From: the human T2T-CHM13v2.0 reference genome, Homo sapiens
Direction: 5' to 3' (one strand)
DNA: 64,000 bases
Assembly (NCBI RefSeq): GCF_009914755.1
Contig: NC_060926.1
In this document: piece after piece, positions 26,411 through 38,125 of the stretch
How positions within the stretch are numbered: the first letter of the stretch is position 1
How the letters are laid out: each line of letters begins with the position of its first letter
Program-made: the position numbers and the translations under genes
Notes under the pieces: model-generated
Databases searched by the model: none
Seen by the model: the letters and a program-made list of their open reading frames with translations, nothing else
Told to the model about the DNA's origin: nothing

Positions 26411-29400
26411 ACAATGAGAACACATGGACACAGGAAGGGGAACATCACACTCTGGGGACTGTTGTGGGGTGGGGGGAGGGGGGAGGGATAGCTTTAGGAG
26501 ATATACTTAATGCTAAATGACGAGTTAACGGGTGCAGCACACCAGCATGGCACATGTATACATATGTAAGTAACCTGCACATTGTGCACATGTACACTAA
26601 AACTTAATAATAAAATAAAAAAGATTAAAAAAAAAAGAAAAAGAAAAAACAAAAAAAACCCAAATAGACCGCTAGCCAGACTAATAAAGAAGAAAAGAGA
26701 GAAGAATCAAATAGACACAATAAAAAAATGATGAAGGGGATATCGCCACTGATCCTACAGAAATACAAACTACTATCACAGAATGCTATAAACACCTCTA
26801 CACAAATAAACTAGAAAATCTAGAAGAAGTGGATAAATTCCTGGACACATACACCCTCCCAAGACTAAATCAGGAAGAAGTCAAATCCCGAAATAGATCG
26901 ATAACAACTTCTGAAATTGAGGCAGTATTTAATAGCCTACTAACCAAAAAAAGCCCAGAACCACACAGATTCACAGCCAAATTCTACCAGAGGTACAAAG
27001 AAGAGCTGGTACCATTCCTTCTGAAACTATTTCAAACAGAAAAATGACTCCTCCCTAACTCATTTTATGAGGCCTGCATCATCCTGACACCAAAATCTGG
27101 AGGAGGCACAACAGAAAAAGAAAATTTCTGGCCAATATCCCTGAACATCAGTGTGAAAATCCTCAACAAAATACTGGCAAACCTAATCTAGCAGCACATC
27201 AAAAAGCTTATCTACCACGATCAAGTTGGTTTCAACCCTAGGATTCAAGGCTGGTTCAACATAAGCAAATCAATAAACGTAACCCATCACACAAACAGAA
27301 CCAAAAACAAAAACCACATGATTATCTCAATAGATGCAGAAAAGGCCTTCAATAAAATTCAATACCCCTTCATGCTAAAAACTCTCAATAAATTAGGTGT
27401 TGATGGAACATATCTCAAAACAGTAACAGCTATTTATGACAAACCCACAGTCAATATCATACTGAATGGGCAAAAGCTGGAAGCATTCCCTTTGCAAACC
27501 AGCACAAGACAAGGATGCTCTCTCTCACCACTCCTATTCAACACTGTATTGGAAGTTCTAGCCAGGGCAATCAGGCAAGAGAAAGAAATAAAAGGTATTC
27601 AAATAGGAGGAGAGGAAGTCAAATTGTCTCTGTTTGCAGATGACATGACTGTATATTTACAAAACCCTATCATCTCAGCCCAAAATCTCCTTAAGCTGAT
27701 AAGCAACATCAGCAAGGTCTCAGGATACAAAATCAATGTACAAAAATCACAAGCATTCTTATACACCAATAACAGACAAACAGAGAGACAAATTATGAGT
27801 GAACTCCCATTCACAATTGCTTCAAAGCGAAGAAAATACCTAGGAATCCAACTTACAAGGGATGTGAAGGACCTCTTGAAGGAGAACTACAAACCACTGC
27901 TCAAGGAAATAAGAGAGGACACAAACAAATGGAAAAACATTCCATATTCATGGATAGGAAGAATCAATATCGTGAAAATGGCCATACTGCCCTAAGTAAT
28001 TTATAGATTCAATGCTATCCCCATCAATCTACCACTGGCTTTCTTAACAGAATTAGAAAAAAACTACTTTACATTTCATATGGAACCAATAAAGAGCCCA
28101 TATAGCCAAGACAATCCTAAGCAAAAAGAACAAAGCTGGAAGCATCATGCTACCTGACTTCAAACTATACTGCAAGGCATGCTGTAACCAAAACAGCATG
28201 GTACTGGTACCAAAACAGAGATATAGACCAATGGAACAAAACAGAGGCCTCAGAAATAACGCCACACATCTACAACCATCTGATCTTTGACAAACATGAC
28301 AAAAACAAGCAATGGGGAAAGGATTCCCTATTTATTAAACGGTGTTGGGAAAACTGGCTAGCCATATGCAGAAAACTCAAACGGGACCCCTCCCTTACAC
28401 CTTATACAAAAATTAACACAATATGGATTAAAGACTTAAACATAAGACCTAAAACCATAAAAACCCTAGAAGAAAACCTAGGCAAAACCATTCAGTACAT
28501 TGGCATGGGCAAAGACTTCATGACTAAAACACCAAAAGCAATGGCAACAAAAACTGACAAATGGGATCTAATTAAACTAAAGAGCTCCTTCACAGCAAAA
28601 GAAACTATCATTAGAGTGAACAGGCAATCTACATAATGGGAGAATATTTCTGCAATCTATCCATCTGACAAAGGGCTAATATCCAGAATCTACAAGGAAC
28701 TTAAATTTACAAGAAAAAAACAACCGTATCTAAAAGTAGGCAAAGGATATGAACAGACATTTCTCAAAAGAACACATTTATGCGGCCAACAAACATATGA
28801 AAAAAAGCTCATCATCACTGGTCATTAGAAAAATGCAAATCAAAACCACAATGAGATACTACCACATGCCAGTTAGAATGGCGATCATTAAAAAGTCAGG
28901 AAACAACAGATGCTGAAGAGGATGTGGAGAAATAGGAATGCTTTGACACTGTTGGTCGAAGTGTAAATTAGTTCAACCATTGTGGAAGACAGTGTGGCGA
29001 TTCCTCAAGGATCTAGAAGCAGAAATACTGTTTGATCCAGCAATCCCATTATGGGGTATATACCCAAAGAATTATAAATCATGCTACTATAAAGACATGC
29101 ATACATATGTTTATTCCAGCATTATTCACAATAGCAAAGACTTGAAACCAACCCAAACGCCCATCAATGATAGACTGGAAAAGAAAATGTGGTACATATA
29201 CACCATGGAATACTATGCAGCCATAAAAAAGGATGAGTTCATGTCCTTTGCAGGGACACGGATGAAGCTAGAAACCATCATTCTCAGTGAACAGAAAACC
29301 AAACACTGCATGTTCTCACTCATAAGCTGGAGTTGAACAATGAGAACACATGGACACAGGGAGGGAAATATCACACACCAGGGCCTGTCGGGGGGTGGGG

Positions 29401-29739
29401 GACTAGGTGAGGGATAGTATTAGGAGAAATACCTAATGTAGATGTCGGGTTGATGGGTGCAGCAAACCACCATGGCACGTGTATACCTATGTAACAAACC
29501 TGCACGTTCTGCACATGTATACCAGAACTTAAAACATAATTAAAAAATAAAATAAAATACAATAAAAATAGCCACCTTCTCATTTTTTAACATAAGCGGT
29601 CTCACATCTCACCAGAGCTACTGTGCCATTGTTTAAAGGTTTTTTGTGTGTGTGTGCCCATTTGTAATGTGCAAAGTAATCAAAAAAGAAATCGAAACTT
29701 TTCAGAAAAAAAAGTGAGAGTACTAATATTAATGAGATA

Positions 29740-30620
29740 ACATTAAAATAATAAATGTTAATAAGGACACAAAGCAACTGAACTCTCATATACTGTCAGT
29801 GCGCATGTAAATGGCACAACTGTTTTGAAAAGATTTGACAATTTCTTTAAGAACTAAATATATTCCTACCTTAACCTGGCAATTCTACTCCAAAAAAAGT
29901 GAAAAGATATATCCATAAAAATACCGTTACCGGAATGCTCACAGCAGCTACATTCATAAGCACCAAAAACTGGTAACAGTCCAGATGTTTGTCAACAGGC
30001 AAAAGGATTAACAAACCTCAGTATATTCATGCAATGGACTATTACTCAGGAATAAAAAGGAATGAACTATTGGTCCATGTCACAACATGGATAAATTTCA
30101 GAAAATGGATGGGTAAAATAAGCCTATGTAGGAAAGAGTACATACTGTATGCCTCTGTTTATAATATCTGGAATAGACATAACTAAGCTTTGGTGGAAAA
30201 CAATCAAAATAATGGGGATTTACTAGGATGGGACAAAACCCTGTGATGTTAATAATGTTCTGCATCTTGACTGTGGATTGCACTGGTGTATCCATTTACT
30301 GGAACTTATGGAACACTTAAGATTTATGCACTTTACTGTTTCCAAATTTTACAAAGAACTGAACTCTAGTTAAATGTATGCATGCCGATGACATATTTTG
30401 AAGAAAGTATTCAGATACCTGCAAGTTACTTTGTATAGAACTAAAAATGGCTGGATTTATGGGTGGAAGAAAGGATGAATAAATGGAAAAACATGATAAA
30501 GCAAATATAGGAAAGATTAACTATCAAATTTAGATGGTGGATACATGGGTATTCACCATTAACTTTTTCAATGTTTCTTGTATGTCAGAAAATTTGTAAT
30601 AAAACATTGGAGGGGGGAAT
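29740..30620 (+). mobile_element. Old L1M 3'-region fragment; approximate
   Basis: 'gcaactgaactctcatatactg', 'caatggactattactcaggaataaaaaggaatgaactatt...acaacatggataaat'. Confidence 0.65.
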
Positions 30621-31029
30621 GAATCTCAAAAATATTAAATAAATGATATAAATTACGTATGAGTTATTTGTTATAACTGAGAAAGCTGACCAAATTATTA
30701 TTTCTGGATTAGGTTATAGACTAATTTGCTTCATTTAAAAAATATTTAATAACTGGCCTTTTAAAATAAATCTTCAAATCTATATATTTAAATAATATAT
30801 TTAAAACCCTCTCTAAAACACACAAATACGTCTTCTCAGAAAAAAAGCTCACTATATAAGACAAATTATAATCTTTGAAATGTCTATGATAAGCATTCTG
30901 AATCAGAGAATCTCAAATAGGCTGAAAAAATACATCTTAACTTCTAAGTAAAATGTAGCATTTCCTTCAACTATGGATATAGGTAAGAAACCACAGAAAT
31001 ATTATCAGTAACTGTAACTTTTTCCACAA

Positions 31030-31191
31030 TGAAAATCGTACTGGAATCACCTAAGGAACTTAAACATTAATATACAAATTCTATTCCACCCATTCCTTTT
31101 TAATTGATATTAGTTCAATACAGCCTTTATACTGGGACTTTTAAAAGTTTCTCAAGTGATTCTAATGTGCAGATAAGGTTAAAAACCACTA
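31030..31191. mobile_element. MER5-like MITE, degraded
   Basis: 'gaatcacctaaggaactt...tttttaaaagtttctcaagtgattctaatgtgcag...aaaaccact'. Confidence 0.55.
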
Positions 31192-31679
31192 GTGGAAGAA
31201 TGAAGAATAGCCATGCTTGTTTCAGTCCAAATATTACCAGAGTCACACTTCCATACAATTCACAAAAAGAAAGGCACCCTTAAGAACATTTTCATCATAA
31301 CTTTGACTTTCGTTGTTAATGTTTAAAATAATATTCTATTTTATTCCTGCGATAAATTTTGGAATTTTTGAGGGGTATACAATAAATTTGTAAGAAATAA
31401 AACCCATTTTATACAACTAACCCACGGAAGAAACAGTTTTATCTTCAACTTAAAATAGTCAATTTGTAACCATATTCAACAAAGTATATGAGTCAAGCAC
31501 TGAAGAATGCAATCCTCACTTACATCACATCAGGTTATACAAAATTAAGTAAACAAATATTACATAAATGAATGATGTCCTAATACAATTCAATACAGCA
31601 ACTCTGAATAATGTGTCTACTGAGTGTTACAGTCAATACTAGATACTGGTGATACTAACAATATAGAAGATGCAATAGA

Positions 31680-31890
31680 GTATGCTGATTAAGATCAAAA
31701 ACTATAGTCAAGTAAGTCTCATCCCTAGCTCTACCACTTAACATTAGTTGCACCTTTTTAGCAAGTTACTTACCTCCCTTAGCATTTGTAATACGGAAAT
31801 AGTGTTAATCCTCACAAGATCCGAGTGAGATAATGAAGATAAAATGTCAACTTCTTAGAAGAGAGTAAATGTATAAAAATTGGGAGCCAT
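31680..31890 (+). mobile_element. MIR SINE, degraded
   Basis: 'atccctagctctaccactta...gcaagttacttacctc...tttgtaatacggaaata'. Confidence 0.55.
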
Positions 31891-34800
31891 TATTATAAGA
31901 CATATAGTACTCATCCTAGAGAAGTTCACAGCCTAATGAAACAATAGCAAAATATCTGTACCATATTGGACAAAGGATTGATACCCTTAATATATATAAG
32001 GTTACTAAAAAATATTTAAAATAAAAATGAACAGATAATAGAAAAAAATGAATAAAGACATAATTCCCTAAAAAGTATATACACGATCAAATAAAAATAT
32101 CCAAACTCTTAAGTTTAGAGATTATTTCACTAATTGCAGAGCTTCAGAGTTACAGGATGGTGAAAAAAAAATTAAGTATATGGGTGTAGGTCTGAATTCT
32201 CCAAAGTAGCTTTTCCATCATTAACTGAGATAGCTTAATCCCATGGTTTGGCTCCTCTCTTACAGCACTCCCCTTATTAGTTACTGCTTTTATTACCAAA
32301 CCTCAGTGAAGAGGTCAGCATTTTGTAGGTCCTATTGAATCTTTATCCATGCTCTTAATCCACTGCAGAATAATCAAGAGTGGTTTTGTTCTCACTCTGC
32401 TTCATTGATTTTATTCTAATCTTTCACTGGTCCCTAATTAGTGTGGTTATATTTTAAAAATCCTCTTTTATGACAATGACAATTTTTTATTCTCTTCTTT
32501 GTACCTTTCCATATTTTCTATAACATTTTTATAATCCTAGAAAAGCACATGTAGAAATAAAAATAAGTGATCTGTTACCCATCCTTTCATTTCCTGATGC
32601 TCACAGTATAGCAAAAAAATACATTAAAGTTGATTCAATGAAATTAACATTTTAGCCATGTACAGGACTACGTTGGCTTCTCTGATATAAAAGTACCCAG
32701 TTTGCAAGGAAATCACAGCTCTCATATTGATGGTAACAAGGTATTTGATCTTAAGCAAGACATACTCAGCCTCTCTAAGCTTTAACATTGCACCTATAAT
32801 TGTGGATGGTACAAGAGACAACTTCTAAGGTAACTTCTAAGGTGACTTCCAGGTATAGAAGTCAAGAATTCTAAATATAACTGTTTGAAAATCCATGAAG
32901 TAGGTATTGCTTTCCCCTTAAAAGTACCAAGATTCCCTTTCAAGATGCCAATTATTACAATGTAATCTCATTTATTACCAATTCTTGTTTATAAAGAGAT
33001 TTTAACAAATATGAATACATCCATTAAATATAAATGTCTATTTATATGATTTAATATACAATAACAATTTACTCTTTGATCAAAATAATTTTCACATCAG
33101 AATCAAAAACCTTTTATATGAGAATCAAAATATTTGGATTACATTATACTTTATATCTCCATGTATTTAAAGGAGAAGTAAAAAATGCATTATAAATCTA
33201 CTATTATTGTCTAAAATATGGGAGAAAAACTGCAATAGTCAATAAACTCTTGAGTTTTGGAATAGGTTTTGAACCACAAATTCTTAACAGGAATAGCAAA
33301 ACAACTGTACAGCTTAAATACAGTGAAGATCCAAAAATTACAACCAGAACTTTGCAACTGTTAGATCTGCTAATCAAAGCAAAATGCCGTCTGTTTTGTG
33401 CATACATACAATAATAAGAATAAGGAAATGAATAAAAATATAAGAGAAAAATTAAAGACAACAGAAATTAGCAACAGAAAACAACCCTTAAACATACATA
33501 CATAAGGCTGCATGCCCCAAAAGCAATAAACTGTCTTATAGGAAGAAAAGTATCCTAGAAATCAAGTTAATGCAGAAGCCTCTCAGCTAAGCCTTAGCAT
33601 GGTATGAGAAGGAAAAGAACACAATTCTCAGCAACGTCCTGACCTTAAAAAGTCCCCCAAAACGGGAGGAAACATCGTGAGAAAGTTAGGAAACATAAAA
33701 CAAGGTGAGAATAAATAATAGCCAAGTACATTCTACTTCGCCTTCCACAAAAGGTTTGCAGCAAAGGTCCGTGTTGAAGGCACACCAACCCACCACAGAC
33801 TTTAAAAAATCTATTTGTTGGTATGCCTTAACGTGGGGTAGGACTGCAGGAGAAAAAAGAGGCACAGGCCAAACAAGAGAAACTAGAAAACTACCTCTAT
33901 AATACTACATGCAGAGGGAGCACAGAAGCTAAGTTTAACAGGGAAATATTCCCTGATATGGAATCTAATCTTCCTATGGTGAAAAATCAAAGGTCAGAAG
34001 AATAAAAAAAAAGAATTAATCTTAAGGAAAAAATAGACATCTCCACATCATTTGAAAAGAGCAAGCATAAAGATATTAAGAGATCAATCCAATATTAAGT
34101 TCTCCTAAGGCACTTAATGAAATTCTCTGCACCTAAATCAGAAATACCCTGACTGTTCCGTATACGGGCTTGTCCATGAAAAGATCTGTATTTGGGATCT
34201 CTGTGTTAATGCACCTGAAAGTTTCTGAACACACATACTGAAAAGATTTCTGAACAAACCATCCAACTAGCATATCTGACATTTAAACCTTGAGATCATG
34301 AACCATTAGAAAGTTACTCTATTCAAAGGTCACCAAATCACGAACTTACAAAAAAACTAAATGGCTTATTCTACTTCCTGAATAGTCTTATAACACTGAA
34401 GCACCATCAGTTGCTTTTGGCAATGCTTGCCAATTTTTATGCTGGAAGTTATGAATGAGTCAAAGACCCCGATAATTAAGCAGGGTAAGGACAGGGTTGG
34501 TTATTCTTGCTCATGTTTAATAAATGAAATAAACCACTCGAAAACTGGGTATCATTATTCTAAAGCCTTAAAATGTATCTCATTTTTGAATTATTGCTTA
34601 AGAAGCACAAGTTAAGGAATCAGGAGATAAACAAAAATTCTGTTAGTTCCATGACTAGGGAATATAATTTTAGTCAAGGAGTCAGTAGTTTGGCTTGTAC
34701 AGTGTTATTTTCCACTGCTGAATTACTTGTACACTTAGGTCTAAACATTTTAAAAAACATATTAGTACCTATCACTGAAATATTGAGAAACACTTACATT

Positions 34801-35682
34801 CTGCAAACTAGGTACAAGTGCAGCTAAGAAGTCAGTGCCTATTACCCACTGTTAGTTATACAGTAGTCACAGAAAATTTTTCAAATAGTGACAAGTCAAA
34901 GGAAGCCGACAGCAACTGTGAAGAAGATTACAATTTTCTAGGGGCAAGGAAATAATTTGAGAGAAGCCTAGTGCAGCCTTTGATTTATAAATTGATTTTA
35001 AAGAAGGCCTGCCAAGTTATACTGCTTAGGAGGTCATATATAATTGCATAGGTTTTGTTCAATCTTGAAAAATAAGTCAAATAATCAAAAAGCAAACATC
35101 AGAATTTTCTTTAAGAAGGTAAATTTCTGGGCCATAAGTATGATTGGTATATTTGGACCCTTGTCCTACATATCTTCATCTGTAGCATACAACAATGACA
35201 ATTGGCCCAAGCTTGAGATTTCCCCAGAAGGCAAAGCCAGAGACAAGGACATGTATGGGGAAAATTTATTGGAAGTGAACTCAGGGAACGAAGAGTGGGG
35301 ACTGGAAAGAGTGAAACACAGTAGGGAATGCCAAAATAAGGATGTGCTTTCAAGCTGGTTATTGTAGTCAATGGTAGCTATGTAAGCAGCTGTAGAAAAA
35401 GTTCCTCAGAATTCCTGTCCAAGAACCAGAATGCAAGAGCATTTTTTTCCGGCTTCCATGCCACTGGCTGAATTGCCCTAAAGGGGATTCAGTCTCTCAC
35501 ACTTACAGGTGTAGATATGTATGTATGCCTTGTGGCTTCCACAAGCATCCTTGGTCTTACAGCATTAGAAAATCCCTGGGGCAAAAAGAAGTAAAGTGGC
35601 GGAACCGCAGTGAATTGTTTTGTCAACATACACCACCACGAAGCTGACTGAAGCAATGTGGTTGAGTAAAAAGTGCTGCAAA

Positions 35683-36410
35683 AATCAAAACCAGAATGAG
35701 ATATCATCTCACACCAGTTAGAATGGCAATCATTAAAAAGTCAGGAAACAACAGGTGCTGGAGGATGTGGAGAAATAGGAATGCTTTTACACTGTTGGTG
35801 GGAGTGTGAACTAGTTCAACCATTGTGGAAGACAGTGTGGCGATTCCTCAAGAATCTAAAACTAGAAATACCATTTGACCCAGCAATCCCATGACTGGGT
35901 ATATACCCAAAGGATTATAAACCATGTTACTATAAAAACACATGTACACATATGTTTATTGCGGCATGATTCACAATAGCAAAGACTTGGAACCAACCCA
36001 AATGTCCATCAATGATAGACTGGATTAAGAAAATATGCCACATATACACCATGGAATACTATGCAGCCATAAAAAAGGATGAGTACATGTCCTTTGTTGG
36101 GACACGGATGAAGCTGGAAACTATCATTCTCAGCAAACTATCGCAAGCACAGAAAACCAAACACCGCATGTTCTCACTCGTAGGTGAGAACTGAACAATG
36201 AGAACACTTGGACACAGGGCAAGGAACATCACACACTGGGGCCTGTCGTGGGGTGGGGGGGATGGGGAAGGGATAGCATTAGGAGAAATACCTAATGCAA
36301 ATGACGAGTTAATGGGAGCAGCAAACCAACATGGCCCATGTATACATATGTAACAAACCTGCACGTTGTGCACACGTACCCTAAAACTTAAAGTATAATA
36401 ATAAAAAAAA
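35683..36410 (+). mobile_element. 5'-truncated L1PA5/6-like element (about 0.73 kb) with TSD
   Basis: ORF2 C-terminus, 3'UTR and A tail; TSD AAAAAGTGCTGCAAA 35668-35682 / AAAAAGTGTTGCAAA 36410-36424. Confidence 0.9.
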
Positions 36411-36609
36411 AAAAGTGTTGCAAAGAAAGTGAAGTTGGAAGCAAGAATTACCTGATTTCTAGGCAGAAAAAGACAAGCAACTGACATAAGTTCAATTCCC
36501 TAAGAGCTAAGTAAATATATTTTGAAAACTTTTTACACATGAAATAAATTTATATAAAGCTTTAATGGTAGTAAAAGTGTTATCCTTGAAAAATCTAGAA
36601 CGTGTGTAT

Positions 36610-37680
36610 ACATAAAACAACGTCCATTTTGAGTTTTATTATTGAACTTTGAGAGTTCTTTATATATTTTAAACACATCAGATATATGATTTGCAAACAT
36701 TTTCCAGTCTAGCTTCTAATTCTCTTAATAGTGTCTTTCAAGAACAGAAATTTTTAATTTTGATGACGACCAATTTATCAATTTGTTCTTTTTTGGACCT
36801 TGCATTTGGTGTTATACTAAGAAATATCTGCCTAGCCTAGAGTTACAAATACTTTTCCCTGTGTTTCTTCTAGAAGCTTTATATTTATGTTTTTACATTG
36901 TTTATAATTCATTGTAAGTTAATTTTTGTATATGGATCGATGAGGTCATTTTCACTTACAGATATCTAATTGTCTCAGCACCATGTGTTGAAAGACTGTC
37001 CTTCCTCCACTAAACTATCTTTGTACCTTCGTTGAAAACAGCTGTCTGTATATGTATGGGTATATTTCTGAATTATCTATTCCAGTGATCTACTTGTCTA
37101 CCTTTATGAAAATACCATATTATCCTGAAAAAAGTAGATTTTTAAGTCTTGAAATCAGGTTGTGTTAGTCTTCTAACTTTTTTTCTTTTTCAGAGTTATT
37201 TTAACTATCACAGGACCTTTGCAGCCTTTGCACATACATTTTGGAATAATTCTCTTAATTTCGGGGTTTTTTTGTTTTTTGGTTTTTTTTTGAGATAGGG
37301 TCTCTCTGTCACCCAGGCTGAAGTGCAGTGGCATGATCACAGCTCACTGCAACCTTGAGCTCCTGAGCTCAACTGATCCTCCCACCTCAGCCTCCTGAGT
37401 AGCTGGGGGACTACAGACACGTTGCCCCCACACCCAGCTGATTTTTGTATTTTTTGTAGAGACGAGGTTTCACCATGTTGCCCAGATGGTCTCCAACTGC
37501 TGGGCTCAATCAATCTTCTCGTCTCGGCCTCCTGAAGTGTTGGGATTACGGGTGTGAGACACTGCGACCAGCCATAATTTTGTCAATTTCTTAAATTAGG
37601 AAGGAAAAAAAAAAAAAGAGCTGTTGGGATTTTGATTGCGAATGCATTGAATCTCTAGATCAATTTGGAGAAAATTTTAC
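36610..37680 (-). mobile_element. Old L1M fragment, antisense, containing an AluJ
   Basis: 'cagcaccatgtgttgaaagactgtcctt', 'gggattttgattgcgaatgcattgaatctctagatcaatttggaga'. Confidence 0.7.
37263..37573 (-). mobile_element. AluJ-like SINE
   Basis: 'tttgagatagggtctc...atgatcacagctcactgcaacc'; degenerate TSD ATAATTCTCTTAATTTC / ATAATTTTGTCAATTTC. Confidence 0.88.
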
Positions 37681-37689
37681 TAGCCAAAT

Positions 37690-38125
37690 TCTGAAAACAA
37701 CCCATATGCCCATCAAAAGGTGAATGGCCAATATGTGGCACATCCATCAATACTTACCAAAAAAAGAATGAACTATATTACATGCTACAACATGGTTGAA
37801 TCTCCAAGTAATTCTGCCAAGGAAAAAAGACTGGCACAGAAAAGTACCCAGAATTATATAAGATTCTGTAAACTGCAAACAAATCAATGGTAGCATAAAG
37901 CACATCAGTAGTTGCCTGAGGCCCTGGTGGAAGGTTGAGAAGGACTAAAGGGAGGGACAATAATGAGGAAGGAGGTGACTGGGATGTGATGGATGTGTTT
38001 ATTATCCTGATTGTGGTGACAATTTAATGTGTGTAGATATTTGTCAAAACTCAGCAAAGTGTACACCTTAAATACATTCAGTTTACTGTATGTCAATTAT
38101 ATCTCAATAAAGCTATTTAAAAAAC
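37690..38125 (+). mobile_element. Old L1M 3' end
   Basis: 'tacatgctacaacatggttgaatctcc', terminal 'tgtatgtcaattatatctcaataaagct'. Confidence 0.7.

Noticed and set aside
32821-32853. Short tandem ACTTCTAAGGT(A/G) x2.7 (also a 20-bp-period repeat at 9556-9590)
   Set aside because: Ordinary intronic slippage duplications with no link to a functional site.
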